Positions 63,563 through 64,000 of a DNA stretch of 64,000 nucleotides are shown here, in pieces. The stretch covers positions 36,200 to 100,199 of the forward strand of contig CAOKAC010000006.1 of assembly GCA_948466345.1 (NCBI GenBank), read 5' to 3'. Below the pieces are notes generated by a model, which saw only the letters and a program-made list of their open reading frames with translations, had not been told where the DNA came from and ran no database searches. The stretch is from an uncultured Clostridia bacterium (GTDB taxonomy: Bacteria > Bacillota > Clostridia > Oscillospirales > CAG-272). Numbering within the stretch: the first letter of the stretch is position 1; each line of letters starts with the position of its first letter. The position numbers were made by a program, and so were the translations under genes.

Positions 63563-64000
63563 ATGAAAACTGTATTTGAAAGACCTGCGGCTCTCTCTAA
63601 TGTGCCGCTGCACTACTGCCCTGGCTGCACCCACGGAATTATCCACCGCCTTGTGGCAGAGGCAATTGATGAGCTTGGCATTGCCGGCAAGACAATTGGC
63701 GTGGCTAGTGTTGGATGCTCCGTATTTTCTTATAATTATTTTGAATGCGATATGGTTCAGGCCGCACATGGACGTGCGCCGGCTGTTGCAACTGGAATTA
63801 AACGTACCCATCCGGATAATTTTGTATTTACATATCAAGGTGACGGCGATCTCGCTGCAATTGGAACAGCAGAAACCGTTCACTCTGCCACAAGAGGAGA
63901 AAACATAACCATTATTTTTGTGAACAATGCAATTTATGGTATGACCGGCGGTCAGATGGCCCCTACTACCCTGCCCGGCCAGGTAACGACTACGTCTCCT
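63563..64000 (+). CDS. 2-oxoacid:ferredoxin oxidoreductase beta (TPP-binding) subunit; the 3' end runs off the window
   Basis: Not in the ORF track. My own translation is open to the window edge: [25 protein letters not shown]...[10 protein letters not shown]...[13 protein letters not shown] (TPP motif). Confidence 0.85.
   Translation, partial: MKTVFERPAALSNVPLHYCPGCTHGIIHRLVAEAIDELGIAGKTIGVASVGCSVFSYNYFECDMVQAAHGRAPAVATGIKRTHPDNFVFTYQGDGDLAAIGTAETVHSATRGENITIIFVNNAIYGMTGGQMAPTTLPGQVTTTSP

Noticed and set aside
1-64000. CRISPR arrays, rRNA or tRNA genes, IS elements, toxin-antitoxin pairs or known defence-system genes.
   Set aside because: No spaced direct repeats, cloverleaf-like segments, transposase motifs or small paired ORFs of that kind were seen on either strand. 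Apart from 33.5-40.7 kb, the window is dominated by housekeeping operons.

Overview
This is a dense 64-kb chromosomal segment of an endospore-forming Firmicute, Clostridia-like and mid-40s to about 50% GC by eye. It holds about 60 CDS, mostly on the minus strand. Most of it is core housekeeping:
- LCP/yqeK/nadD/yhbY/rdgB
- ftsY-smc-radical SAM-rnc-plsX-trmFO-topA-dprA
- the infC-rpmI-rplT operon with an L20-type attenuator leader
- a B. subtilis-like yab block: MOP flippase-mazG-hup-yabO-yabP-yabQ-divIC
- an 11-kb co-directional string, cdaA-cdaR-FAD protein-recJ-relA-dtd-hemZ-kinase
- the start of a 2-oxoacid:ferredoxin oxidoreductase operon

Less ordinary parts:
- **Phage head block.** A roughly 7-kb island lies between mrnC and deoB. 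It carries an intact phage head-type block (scaffold, N4-gp56-like capsid, five more ORFs ending in a LysM protein) with its own promoter and terminator. No terminase, portal, protease, integrase, lysis or replication gene lies anywhere in the window. This is my best candidate for a novel or domesticated system.
- **WYL regulator.** Next to that block is a YafY/WYL regulator flanked by two copies of a 24-bp palindrome.
- **MoxR-DUF58-transglutaminase operon.** It is divergent from perR-rbr, and two of its proteins carry similar K/R/Q-rich inserts of about 150 aa.
- **GH18 protein.** A LysM-GH18-SLH protein has no signal peptide.
- **PadR module.** A PadR-DUF1700-DUF4097 module.
- **XRE/acyl-CoA synthetase region.** An XRE-cupin regulator and acyl-CoA synthetase sit divergent from an unknown-ACT-UPF0210 operon.

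I saw no rRNA, tRNA, CRISPR array, IS element or integrase. All family assignments come from reading motifs in the translations, not from searches.
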